Of a stretch of 41,479 nt of DNA, positions 1 through 9,238 are shown piece by piece (the stretch's first letter is position 1; each line of letters begins with the position of its first letter). Source of the DNA: Pseudomonadota bacterium. GTDB taxonomy: Bacteria > Pseudomonadota > Alphaproteobacteria > Paracaedibacterales > CAIOTO01. The notes beneath the pieces were generated by a model, which saw nothing but the letters and a program-made list of their open reading frames with translations, did not search any database and was not told the DNA's origin. The position numbers and the translations under genes are program-made. The stretch lies in assembly GCA_040387495.1 (NCBI GenBank), contig JAZKDQ010000011.1, positions 1-41,479 of the forward strand, given 5' to 3'.

Positions 1-55
1 AATCTGATTAAAATCTAAAATCAGTTATGGTGCAATTTTAATCCCGAATTGAGGT
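1..55. mobile_element. IS982-family element terminus, continuing off the left edge, inserted in the GMC oxidoreductase gene
   Basis: 36-55 TTTTAATCCCGAATTGAGGT is the exact 20-nt reverse complement of 9067-9086, the end of the IS982-like transposase remnant. The last ORF residues DLNSGLKLHHN* are read from this sequence. Confidence 0.7.
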
Positions 56-1740
56 CAATAGCTTTTTTGGCTTCTGCATATGATATAAAATACCGACGGT
101 GTGGATTTTTATAAATCAGCTCCATGGAAGGGATAAACACTTCTTTTGCGCCCTGTTCAAATAGAATTTTAATTGCTGTGAGTATCGCTTTTCGAAAACG
201 TTTTTTATCTTTTTTTGATAGCGTGTAATCAACTTGAACGTCGCTATTTCCGTCGATAAATATAAGGTTATCATTTGAAGGCGTGTCAACCAGCAGGATG
301 CCAAATCCACCGATATTATGGAAATCTTTTAGGTTTCTTTTAATGTCGGAACTGCTTCCCGGGTGAATAGAGGCGATGAATGCAGGTTCTGCAGACATCG
401 CTTCGAAAAAATAATTATCCGCTAATGGAATTGAAGGGGCATATATAGTTGCCGATATGCCATACAGATTTCGGATGGGTCTATCAAATATACCAAGGAC
501 ACCAATAGAGGGGTGCATGATAATGCCTTTGCCAATATTTGAATTTGGCATATTGGATCGCAACAAGACTTCTGCTGAGCCCAGTGTGCCAGCGCATAGA
601 ATTATATTTTTGGTCTTAATTGTATACGTTTTAGATGGATTTAGTTGTAAACCGTGTGGATCATTAAAGGTGTAATTTTTGACAGAAGATTGATTTGATT
701 TCACTATAACTTCAGTAATATTATTGTATCGTTGTTTTAATTCAACAACATTCAGATTGGATATGACTTGCAAGCTGTGTGAATTTTGATTTAATGCAGG
801 CCATAAATAGGCATCAACGGCAGATATTTTGAGTAGATCATTTGGATTTCCGTTTGATTTTTTTGCATTTAAATCGTATGGTTTTGCGGATGAATAACCA
901 GTCAAAAGGAGGCTATTATTAGCGTTGATTTCATCTGAGCATAAACTTCGTGTGCCGATTGTTTGTTTTACCCATGCATACGCTTGCTCAATGACTTTAA
1001 AATTATTATTTGATGTGTGAACAAAATCATGTGGAAGCTGACCCTGTTTTATCCACTGAGTTAGATTGTTCTTTATGGATGGTAATAAGGGTGAGAAAGC
1101 AAGGTCAATATTGACAGTCGACCCGCCGCCAATTACGCGTCCGTTGCGGATCGAAATGCTTCCCGACACTGTCTTTCGTTGATTAAATGATTCCATAAAT
1201 TCTGAATTATACTCGGTTTTTATACTGCCTGGTTTTACAAAGTCACCTGCATCAATTAAAAGTACTTTTACATTTTCTCTCTTTGATAGTTCTGAGGCAA
1301 TAAGACTCCCGGCCGGTCCGCTCCCAATAATAAGGTAATCAACTTCTTGCCCATCAAAGCTAATCATGCCATTTTGCACTATGTGGCGTTGGCATGAATC
1401 CTGTCATGTCGATAACGGGGGAGATTGAATAAATAAAATACAAATAGTACTGGCGCATAAAAGTTGCGCCATTTGAAATTTTCTTATTGGGGTGATGAAT
1501 AAGCTGGTCAAGTGAAAATTGCTCAGTATCAAATGGCTTTAATATGTCTATGGCTTGTTGTATTTTGGGATTTATGAGAATTTGATCAATTGTTTCTAGA
1601 TCTATTTTTGAAGCCAACTCTGGTGGCAGTAAAGATGCGATGACCTTTTTGTGAAACGAGTTTTGTGAATGAGCATCTGCTTCCTTTAAAACAGATGAGA
1701 GCAACATTATTATGAAAAATAGAGAACAAAAAACTTGCAT
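56..1740 (-). pseudogene. GMC-family (glucose-methanol-choline) FAD oxidoreductase with signal peptide, frameshifted near 1380 and truncated at the C-terminus
   Basis: ORF 21..1379 has DYLIIGSGPAG, GRVIGGGSTVN and IILCAGTLGSAEVLLRS but lacks the GMC C-terminal catalytic His segment. ORF 1360..1761 (ATG 1740, signal peptide ending ADA) overlaps it in another frame and reads as its N-terminal part. Confidence 0.75.
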
Positions 1741-1750
1741 AATGATTCCT

Positions 1751-3431
1751 TTAATAATCATGTATATATTCTATTGCAACTGATTTCTCTTTAAGCATCT
1801 TAAGTGTGGTTATCAAATCTGGTATTTTAACAATAAGAATTGCTTGGCTAATATTATCCTGTGCAGGAACTTTCCACATGTAAGCAAGTTGTATTTTATC
1901 CGCTTTTGTACGTTGCAAATTCTCTAATTGTTCTGTTGTTCCTGAAATACGAATTTGAATAACATCATTGCCCGCAATTGATTGTATTTGGATATTATAC
2001 TCGGAAAACGTTTTTAGTATATTGGTAAATTCCATATAACGTGGCACTCGAATCCACATGCTCTCTGCTTTTTTTTGAAGGAGTGTATGCGAAATACCGA
2101 GTTGATTAAGGTCTGTTTCATTGTTTTTTATCTGAAGATCAATAAATCGATCTTCAACCCCTCCATAAAGTAGTTTAATGGGTAGAGAAAGAGCCCCTTT
2201 TATTCCATATTCAGCTGTCATCATTAGGCCAACAAATAGAGTCATTATCATATTATCTGAAAAAATTATTTCAGAATGTCTTGCGTATTTTCGTGCAACT
2301 GAATATGAATTGCCAAATATTTTCCAGAAAGTTCCAACACTTTCAAAATAAGGGAACTCATAAAATGGTTTTGTATGAATAAATTTAGCATACTGTTGAC
2401 TGATATCAACAGTGTACCATTCAGGTGTTGTTAGAAATGTATTAATGAGAGAACGTTTGGCAGGTTCTTGGGGAGGCCCGGGTTTTTCTTTATTTTGAGT
2501 CTTAGTGAATTTTATGAGTGCGTTTTTAGTAGGATCACCGTCCTGCAAAGTTCCTGTTTGCCCATTATATGTTTCGTGAATCAGCCCCGCGCCTTTTAGT
2601 AAGGCCTTCCACTCGCTTGACGGTTTAAAATTGCGGATTTCAGCTTCTTCATCTGCACTCGAAATATCCATTGCAATAGCACTAAAAACACTATGCGCAC
2701 TTGAAACCAAGTTGTTGAGATGTGGACTCGTTACATCATGTTCGCGTAAGATTAGCGTTCCACCTGGCCTTAGGATACGTGAAATTGATCCAATGAATTT
2801 TTGTAATTTTTCAGAGGGAATGTGGTGTAATCCAATATAACAAACAATGACGTCGATGGACTCTGCAGAAATTTTATTGGTGGAAATGGGTGCATAATTA
2901 TCTAAATGAATATCTGTATCATAAGATTTAAATACGGCTAATGGACGCCAAGCAAAGTTAAAGAATCTATTTTTCCAGCTATCGCCATCGTATATGGCAT
3001 ATCGATGACCTATAATAGAAATCTTTTTATTTAAAGCACTTAAATATGTGCCGGGAGTGCCAATTTCAACAATATTTTTAATGCTTTTTTTGATTAAGGA
3101 GCTGAGCTGTTTGGCCTGCTAAAATATGTTTATGTCTTTGCATTGCCTTGATTTGTGTCCAAATAAAAGGCCATTTTTTATAATAATGAGGCTCATTTCT
3201 AATAAATTCGTATAAATTTTGTTTAGGTTTAGTGGTGCTCTGTGATTTGTATTGGATTATAATTTTTTCAAAATCTGATGCGTTGATTTGCTTTAAAACA
3301 TGATCTAAAAAGCCATTGAATTCTTTTAAATTCTGAGTTTCTAGTAATGTTTGAGCAAGAGGACCCGCTGCATTTATTTCGAAAAATGTGAAATTAATAC
3401 ACAAAAGAAGATATAGAAAAATATGTTTCAC
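1751..3431 (-). pseudogene. Signal-peptide class I SAM-methyltransferase-like protein with a C-terminal T-L-T-x-PEW domain, split by a 1-nt frameshift in an A7 run
   Basis: The frame of ORF 1751..2710 stays open back to about 3081 and encodes IVEIGTPG...IDVIVCYIGLHHIP...LRPGGTLILREHD. Removing one base of the T7 run at 3085-3091 fuses it to ORF 3078..3431 (MKHIFLYLLLCINFTFFEINA). Confidence 0.75.
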
Positions 3432-3490
3432 TAGCTATAGTATTTCTGATTTTTTAAGGATTATCAGCATGACATCATAGAATCTAATTT

Positions 3491-4390
3491 TCAATTAATA
3501 TTGTTTATGATCCGTGCTGACACTTCACTAACCGTTGGATTAGTCCATGCATAATCGGGCGATTGTCCTTTAAACCAGGTCGTCTGACGTTTTGCATATT
3601 GACGTGTTTGTATTTGCATTAGCTCAACAGCCACTGCTCTTGATAATTCTCCATTTAGATAGGCCGTTAACGGTGTAAGTCCAATGGCTTTACGCAATAA
3701 GCAATTTGTTGGTGGGTTCTTAGCCCAAAAAGCGCGTATTTCATCCAATACATTATCTTCTAGCATACACAGCACACGTTGGTTTATTCGCTCGCACAAA
3801 TCCGCACGGTTGGGGGTTAAGACAATATAAGCAAGAGGAGCGGGAAGGGGTGGTTCGGCATTTCCTTGCAATGTGCGGATCGATTGTCCCGTGGCCCGTT
3901 TTACCTCAAGCGCACGTGATAAGCGTTGTCTATCTACAGGGGGGGCACTGCTGGCAAGTTCCGGATCTTCAGCCAAGACAAGGTGTCTAAATTTATCCAG
4001 CGGAATATTTTTTGATAAATCACGAACTTCAGCCCGAATGCTTTCAGGAATATCAATAACAGGTGACATGCCATGAGTAATTGAATGTAAATAAAGTCCA
4101 GATCCGCCAACAACAATTGATAAACGTTCAGTTGATGCCTTTAATATATTTAAAGTCATTTTTTGCCATATTGTAACAGATCCTTCAGCGTTATTATCAA
4201 GTGTACCGTACAGATAGTGCGGGACAGTCGCTTTTTCAGCAGCAGCTGGTTGAGCCGTTAGTGTGGGTAAGTCTTGATACCATTGCATGCTGTCGGCATT
4301 TATAATGATAGCATTATGCGCTTTTGCGAGTTCAAGTGCGAGTGCACTTTTGCCTGATGCAGTTGGGCCTGCTATAATTAAATATGGCAT
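3491..4390 (-). CDS. miaA: tRNA dimethylallyltransferase
   Basis: IAGPTASGKS, INADSMQ, VGGSGLY, TRQYAKRQTTW. Start taken at ATG 4390, just after the lpdA stop. Confidence 0.96.
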   Translation of the reverse strand: MPYLIIAGPTASGKSALALELAKAHNAIIINADSMQWYQDLPTLTAQPAAAEKATVPHYLYGTLDNNAEGSVTIWQKMTLNILKASTERLSIVVGGSGLYLHSITHGMSPVIDIPESIRAEVRDLSKNIPLDKFRHLVLAEDPELASSAPPVDRQRLSRALEVKRATGQSIRTLQGNAEPPLPAPLAYIVLTPNRADLCERINQRVLCMLEDNVLDEIRAFWAKNPPTNCLLRKAIGLTPLTAYLNGELSRAVAVELMQIQTRQYAKRQTTWFKGQSPDYAWTNPTVSEVSARIINNIN

Positions 4391-4391
4391 G

Positions 4392-5816
4392 TCATGAATG
4401 CAAGGCGCTATCAAAGGCGCTCCAGGCTGCTTCTTTGACGGCTTCATTTAGGGTTGGGTGAGCATGACATGTACGTGCGATGTCTTCGGCTGCGCCACCA
4501 AATTCCATAATGGCTGCTACTTGACTAATTAAGCTTCCTGCTTCTGCACCGACGATTGCACATCCTAAAACACGGTCAGTTTTTGCATCAGTCATGATTT
4601 TAACGAAACCTATTGTATCGCCAATTGTTTTTGCGCGTCCATTAGCAGCAAATGAGAACTTTCCAACTTTGTAATCCTGCTTCTCTACTCTAAGTTCATT
4701 TTCAGTTTTCCCTACAGTGGCTATTTCCGGATGTGTAAAAACGACGGCAGGAATAATATCATAATTGACATTGCCTGCTTGGCCCGCTAGCAACTCGGCA
4801 ACAGCTACACCTTCATCCATTGCCTTATGAGCGAGCATCGGCCCTTTTATACAATCTCCAATCGCAAAAATACTTGGAATTGTTGTTTGATATTTATTGT
4901 TCACCTCGATAAAACCACGTGCATCAATAGCAATAGCCAGAGCCTCAAGTCCAAGCAAATTTGTTTCAGGTTTGCGGCCAGCAGCGATGAGAACAGCGTC
5001 GCATGTAATCAATTCAGGTAATTCGCCTTCTTTAGCCTTTACATCAAGCACTTGCAGGCATAGTTCTTTGTCTTTTCCTTTTTTTGTCATGCCAACAACG
5101 TTGCGTTTTGTTTTAAAAATCATACCTTGTTTTTCGAGGGAGCGTTGCAATGCAATCCGTACATCCTCATCTGTTTGTGCTAAGATTGTATCCCCAAATT
5201 CGACAACAGTAACAAGTGATCCAAGACGCAACCATACTGAACCCATTTCAAGGCCAATATATCCACCGCCAACAACAACCAGATGCTTTGGAACCTCATT
5301 AAATGAAAGCGCATCTGTAGAAGAGAAAATTTCTTTTTTATCAAAAGGTAAATGAGGCAAGGCTTGGGGGGAAGAACCCACAGCAATAACAATCGCTTTA
5401 GCATGAAGTATTTTTTTTCTGTTGTCTTTACTTGTAACTTCAATATCCGTTGCATTTAAGATTTTTGCGGTACCATGTACAAAGTGAATTTTATTTTTTT
5501 TGAAAAGATGTGCTATACCATGCGTAAGTTCTTCAACTACAGATTCTTTATGCGCCATCATTTGAGAAAGATTAAGCTGTATGCCTTCAAGTTCGATCCC
5601 GATATTTTTAAATTGATGCTGCGCTTGCCAATACTTTTGCGATGCGTCTAGTAAACATTTTGACGGGATACAACCAACATTGAGGCATGTACCACCTGGA
5701 TTTTCATTTTTATCAATAACAGCTACAGTTAGCCCAAGTTGGCTTGCGCGGATAGCCGTAACGTATCCTCCAGGGCCTGCCCCTATAATAACAACGTCAA
5801 ATTCCGATAAATCCAT
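4392..5816 (-). CDS. lpdA: Dihydrolipoamide dehydrogenase (E3)
   Basis: GAGPGG, GGTCLNVGCIPSK redox disulfide, GGGYIGLE, HAHPTLNE. Confidence 0.97.
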   Translation of the reverse strand: MDLSEFDVVIIGAGPGGYVTAIRASQLGLTVAVIDKNENPGGTCLNVGCIPSKCLLDASQKYWQAQHQFKNIGIELEGIQLNLSQMMAHKESVVEELTHGIAHLFKKNKIHFVHGTAKILNATDIEVTSKDNRKKILHAKAIVIAVGSSPQALPHLPFDKKEIFSSTDALSFNEVPKHLVVVGGGYIGLEMGSVWLRLGSLVTVVEFGDTILAQTDEDVRIALQRSLEKQGMIFKTKRNVVGMTKKGKDKELCLQVLDVKAKEGELPELITCDAVLIAAGRKPETNLLGLEALAIAIDARGFIEVNNKYQTTIPSIFAIGDCIKGPMLAHKAMDEGVAVAELLAGQAGNVNYDIIPAVVFTHPEIATVGKTENELRVEKQDYKVGKFSFAANGRAKTIGDTIGFVKIMTDAKTDRVLGCAIVGAEAGSLISQVAAIMEFGGAAEDIARTCHAHPTLNEAVKEAAWSAFDSALHS

Positions 5817-5949
5817 AAAATGCCTCTAAATTTGTATTTTTATTTAGCATAGCATTTTATTAACGATTTGTTTAGAAACTTTTGTTGTAGTAGTTGTATG
5901 GGGAAGTGTTGGATCTATTGAATTCGATGGATGCAACTATTAGGAGTGC

Positions 5950-5976
5950 CAATTATTTTAATTATTAAAATAATTG
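5950..5976. promoter_or_regulatory. Perfect 12-bp inverted repeat immediately upstream of the 5978 ATG
   Basis: CAATTATTTTAA-TTA-TTAAAATAATTG. Confidence 0.4.
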
Positions 5977-5977
5977 T

Positions 5978-6830
5978 ATGCGGTATGTAATGCGGTTTCA
6001 AATATTTTTAACTATTTTATCTGCTATAATAGCAACAGTAAGGTACGGGGAAGCTGCCGCATCTCTAATGTCGCCGATAAATACTGTATCCAGTGCTTTT
6101 GCAGCTCCTGTTCTTGCTACTGTTCCTGACGCCGTTTCTTCTAATGTACTATCAACACAGCCAGCTAGCTTACCAAAGTCAGTATTAATTGATGGGCATG
6201 ACGAACACTTAAGTACACCTACTTCTTTGTATGTTGAAAAAGAAAAAGCTGAACCTTATGTTCTGATTATGGATGATGAACCTGCCCCCGAAGCAACATC
6301 AGGTCCAACAGCACTCTATATTGAGGAAGAAAATGATAATTCGAGTGCAGGATCTTCTGCTAACGGAACAAAAGCGTTTTTATGCTCTGATCATGAAAAA
6401 CATATATCAAAGACAACTTTGTGTTCTGACTCTGAAGGCAGAACAATGGAAGAAGAAAAGATACCTGAAACAGTTAAAAGTGACTCGAGTTCTAGCAAAG
6501 ACGATGATGTAAAGGAAGATAAGGCANNNNNNNNNNNNNNNNNNNNNNNNNNNNNNNNNNNNNNNNNNNNNNNNNNNNNNNNNNNNNNNNNNNNNNNNNN
6601 NNNNNNNNNNNNNNNNNNNNNNNNNNGATAAAGAAGATAAAGAAGATAAAGAAGATAAAGAAGATAAAGAAGATAAAGAAGATAAAGAAGCTGTCGAGGT
6701 TAAGAAAACAGAAGAAGCTAAGAAAACGGAGGAGCCTAAAAAAGCCAAGAAAGGTAAGAAGGGAAAGAAAGGTAAGAAGGGAAAGAAAAGTAAGAAAGGA
6801 AAGAAAGATGAGTCAGAAGCAGAAGAGTAA
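5978..6830 (+). CDS. Orphan, probably secreted, low-complexity protein with acidic DKE repeats and a polybasic KKG tail; spans the assembly gap 6527-6626
   Basis: Hydrophobic N-terminus ending GEAAA. After the gap one frame reads (DKE)7 AVEVKKTEEAKKTEEPKKAKKGKKGKKGKKGKKSKKGKKDESEAEE* with TAA at 6828-6830. Confidence 0.75.
6627..6689 (+). repeat. 9-bp coding tandem repeat GATAAAGAA, 7 visible copies abutting the N gap
   Basis: Read directly; true copy number is hidden by the gap. Confidence 0.92.
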
Positions 6831-6859
6831 TGAAATTATAAAGTGATATTTGAAAAATA

Positions 6860-8214
6860 GGGAATGTTCATGGAACTGTGTCACCTTCCTCATCTTAACA
6901 CTTCATCCCCAACCTATTTGGGAAGTAAATATCAAGTTGAGAAATGGTGAGTGCCCAGTTTTGCACAGGCATTGTCCATTTGTTTGTGATGTTCGTAATG
7001 GCACAGAACAGCAGTTTGAACAAGGCATTCTCTGACGTAAATGCACCTTTGGTTTTGGTGTATTTACGCACCTGTCGGTGGAATCCTTCGATTGGATTCC
7101 TGGTGTAAATCAGGCGCCTGATATCAGGGGAATACTTGAAATAAGCGGTTAAATGCTCCCAATTTGCTTTCCATGATTTGATCACAATAGGGTAGCATGA
7201 GCCCCATTTCTGATCGAGCTTTTCAAAATTATGTTCGGCCAAATCCAAGGTTTCAGCTTGATAGACGGTTTTAAGGTCTTTCATAAACTCTTTTTGATTA
7301 CTTGATCCAATATGTTTCAGGGAATTGCGGATTTGGTGCACAACACACAACTGAACTTCAGTCTGTGGAAAAGCCGCATTCAATGCCTCAGGAAATCCTT
7401 TTAAACTATCAATGCAGGCGATCAAAATATCTGAAACGCCTCTGGCTTTCAAATCATTCAAAGCCCCGAGCCAAAAGTGAGCTCCCTCTGACTCAGCAGC
7501 ATAAAACCCAAGAATCTCCTTATGGCCTGTTGTGGTGATTCCCATAATGTTGTAAATCACTTTTGTGACAACTTTGTTATCCTGCTTGGTTTTAAAGTAC
7601 ATGGCATCCAAAAATGCAATGGCATAAACAGACTCCAGCGGGCGACTGCGCCAGTCGGCAATCTGGGGAATTAATTTGTCGCTGATTGCTGAAATGGTTG
7701 CTGCAGAGACCTCAACACCATACAGATCCTGTAAATGTCCGGAAATGTCGCTGTAGCTTGTGCCTAAGCTATAAAGCGCAAGAATCTTCGAATCCAATTC
7801 GTCATTCAAGATCGTTTGGCGCTTTTTAACCAGCTGAGGCTCAAAACTACTATTGCGGTCACGCGGGACATCCAGTTCAAAAGAACCCGATGCTGATCTC
7901 TTCGTTTTAGAGCTCATCCCATTGCGACAATTAGCTCCAGCTTCAAGGCTATTCTCGTTTAAGTGAACATCCATCTCTGCATCAAGTGAGATTTGTATCA
8001 AATCTTTGGCGAGTTGCGTTAATAATCCCTCTGAGCCCAGTAAGGGTTTGCCTGCATACATACCTTTAATGATTTCGTGTAGAGCCTCGGGACTCAAAGA
8101 GGGTAAGTTTGTTATTTTCTTCTCTATTGTACTCATTTTGTCAAATCTCCATGTCAAAGGGATAATTTATTTTATCCTATTTTAGATATTTGACACAGTT
8201 CAGTGAACGGTCTC
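6860..8214 (-). mobile_element. IS256-family insertion sequence, copy 1
   Basis: Imperfect 24-bp TIRs: GGGAATGTTCATGGAACTGTGTCA (6860-6883) and TGACACAGTTCAGTGAACGGTCTC (8191-8214). Confidence 0.92.
6895..8136 (-). CDS. IS256-family DDE transposase, apparently intact
   Basis: VPRDRNSSFEP, FLDA, CIDSLKGF, QLCVVH, YTRNPIE. ATG at 8136 corresponds to the copy 2 start. Confidence 0.93.
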   Translation of the reverse strand: MSTIEKKITNLPSLSPEALHEIIKGMYAGKPLLGSEGLLTQLAKDLIQISLDAEMDVHLNENSLEAGANCRNGMSSKTKRSASGSFELDVPRDRNSSFEPQLVKKRQTILNDELDSKILALYSLGTSYSDISGHLQDLYGVEVSAATISAISDKLIPQIADWRSRPLESVYAIAFLDAMYFKTKQDNKVVTKVIYNIMGITTTGHKEILGFYAAESEGAHFWLGALNDLKARGVSDILIACIDSLKGFPEALNAAFPQTEVQLCVVHQIRNSLKHIGSSNQKEFMKDLKTVYQAETLDLAEHNFEKLDQKWGSCYPIVIKSWKANWEHLTAYFKYSPDIRRLIYTRNPIEGFHRQVRKYTKTKGAFTSENALFKLLFCAITNITNKWTMPVQNWALTISQLDIYFPNRLGMKC

Positions 8215-8337
8215 TTTTTCAAAAAAGGACACAAAATGATTGACAGTTAAGACAGTATCAGAACCATATTAATCACATAAACCTAGAGTTTCTATAGGTT
8301 TGACTCTTTTTGAATTATGCAACCAGTTGTAAAAAAA

Positions 8338-8352
8338 TTAACGTAATATTAA
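8338..8352. promoter_or_regulatory. CtrA-type box upstream of the transposon cargo gene
   Basis: TTAA-CGTAATA-TTAA. Confidence 0.45.
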
Positions 8353-8403
8353 TTAATGTAGTAGTAAGATTGTTTATGTTTAATATTTATACAGGTTTTC
8401 AAA

Positions 8404-9045
8404 ATGAATAAACAATCTATGATTTTAAAGAAAATATCTTTATATAGTGTTCTTATTGTTTTTAATTTAAGTTCATACGCTAATGAACAAAAAAATGCTA
8501 TCACTGATAATTCCAACGTCAAAAATGATCAAACTACAGAAGAGCCAACTGATGAAGTAAAAAAACAAACAAAAAAAGAAATAAAATGGTGTGAAGAAAA
8601 ACTTAAAAAAGTTACAAGCATTGCTATAGAATTAGATAATAAAGATGAACCATACACAAAAAAATTCCTAAATAAGAAAAGACAGGAAATAATTGATATC
8701 TACAATCATTTAATGAATAAAGATATCTTGCCAATTGAATATAAAATTAAAATAAGAAAATCAGCTATAAAATTATATTCAGAATATCATCATTTAATTA
8801 AAGATGAGGAAAGAGCACAACACATTCGCAAGTATTTTGATAGTATTTTTGAAATTTCCGGCCTAACACAAGAGCAATGTTTTAATGCAAAAAAAGAATT
8901 TCTTGAGATGTGGACAGGAACTAATCTTGTGAAGAGGTGTGGTATGGAATTTGCGAGGACATTTGGTAAGATGAAGAATGAACTTAAAAATGAACTTTTC
9001 GAAAACGGCATTGTCTCAATTGATAATTCAAAGTGTACTCAGTAA
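8404..9045 (+). CDS. Orphan, probably secreted, Lys/Glu-rich protein (transposon cargo)
   Basis: 213-aa ORF with signal peptide KKISLYSVLIVFNLSSYA|NE; very AT-rich; no family recognised. Confidence 0.75.
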   Translation: MNKQSMILKKISLYSVLIVFNLSSYANEQKNAITDNSNVKNDQTTEEPTDEVKKQTKKEIKWCEEKLKKVTSIAIELDNKDEPYTKKFLNKKRQEIIDIYNHLMNKDILPIEYKIKIRKSAIKLYSEYHHLIKDEERAQHIRKYFDSIFEISGLTQEQCFNAKKEFLEMWTGTNLVKRCGMEFARTFGKMKNELKNELFENGIVSIDNSKCTQ

Positions 9046-9066
9046 GGATCTGATAGGACCCTGTTA

Positions 9067-9238
9067 ACCTCAATTCGGGATTAAAAAATCAAACGAGATA
9101 GAAGGTTTTTTGGGATTTAAGGCAATAAGCCACAAGGGTTGAGAAGATATGAATGAACCCATTAATGAAGGAACGATGTCTTGTATGCACGATTTGAAAG
9201 TCTGTTTTTAGCACTCCATTGACTGTTTCAATCACCGA
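9067..9238 (-). pseudogene. IS982-family transposase C-terminal remnant plus right end, cut by IS256 copy 2
   Basis: Minus strand reads SVIETVNGVLKTDFQIVHTRHRSFINGFIHIFSTLVAYCL, then after a 1-nt shift NPKKPSISFDFLIPN*. IET, HTRHRS and PKKPS are typical of IS982 transposases. Confidence 0.8.

Noticed and set aside
6407..6748. Minus-strand SLS-repeat ORF
   Set aside because: Antisense shadow of the DKE repeat, kept open by the N gap.
6849..8223. Target duplication for IS256 copy 1 alone
   Set aside because: The flanks are inverted A/T runs, not direct repeats.
8227..8250. GGACACAAAATGATTGACAGTT as a third IS terminus
   Set aside because: Only a loose resemblance to IS256-type ends, with no partner or transposase.
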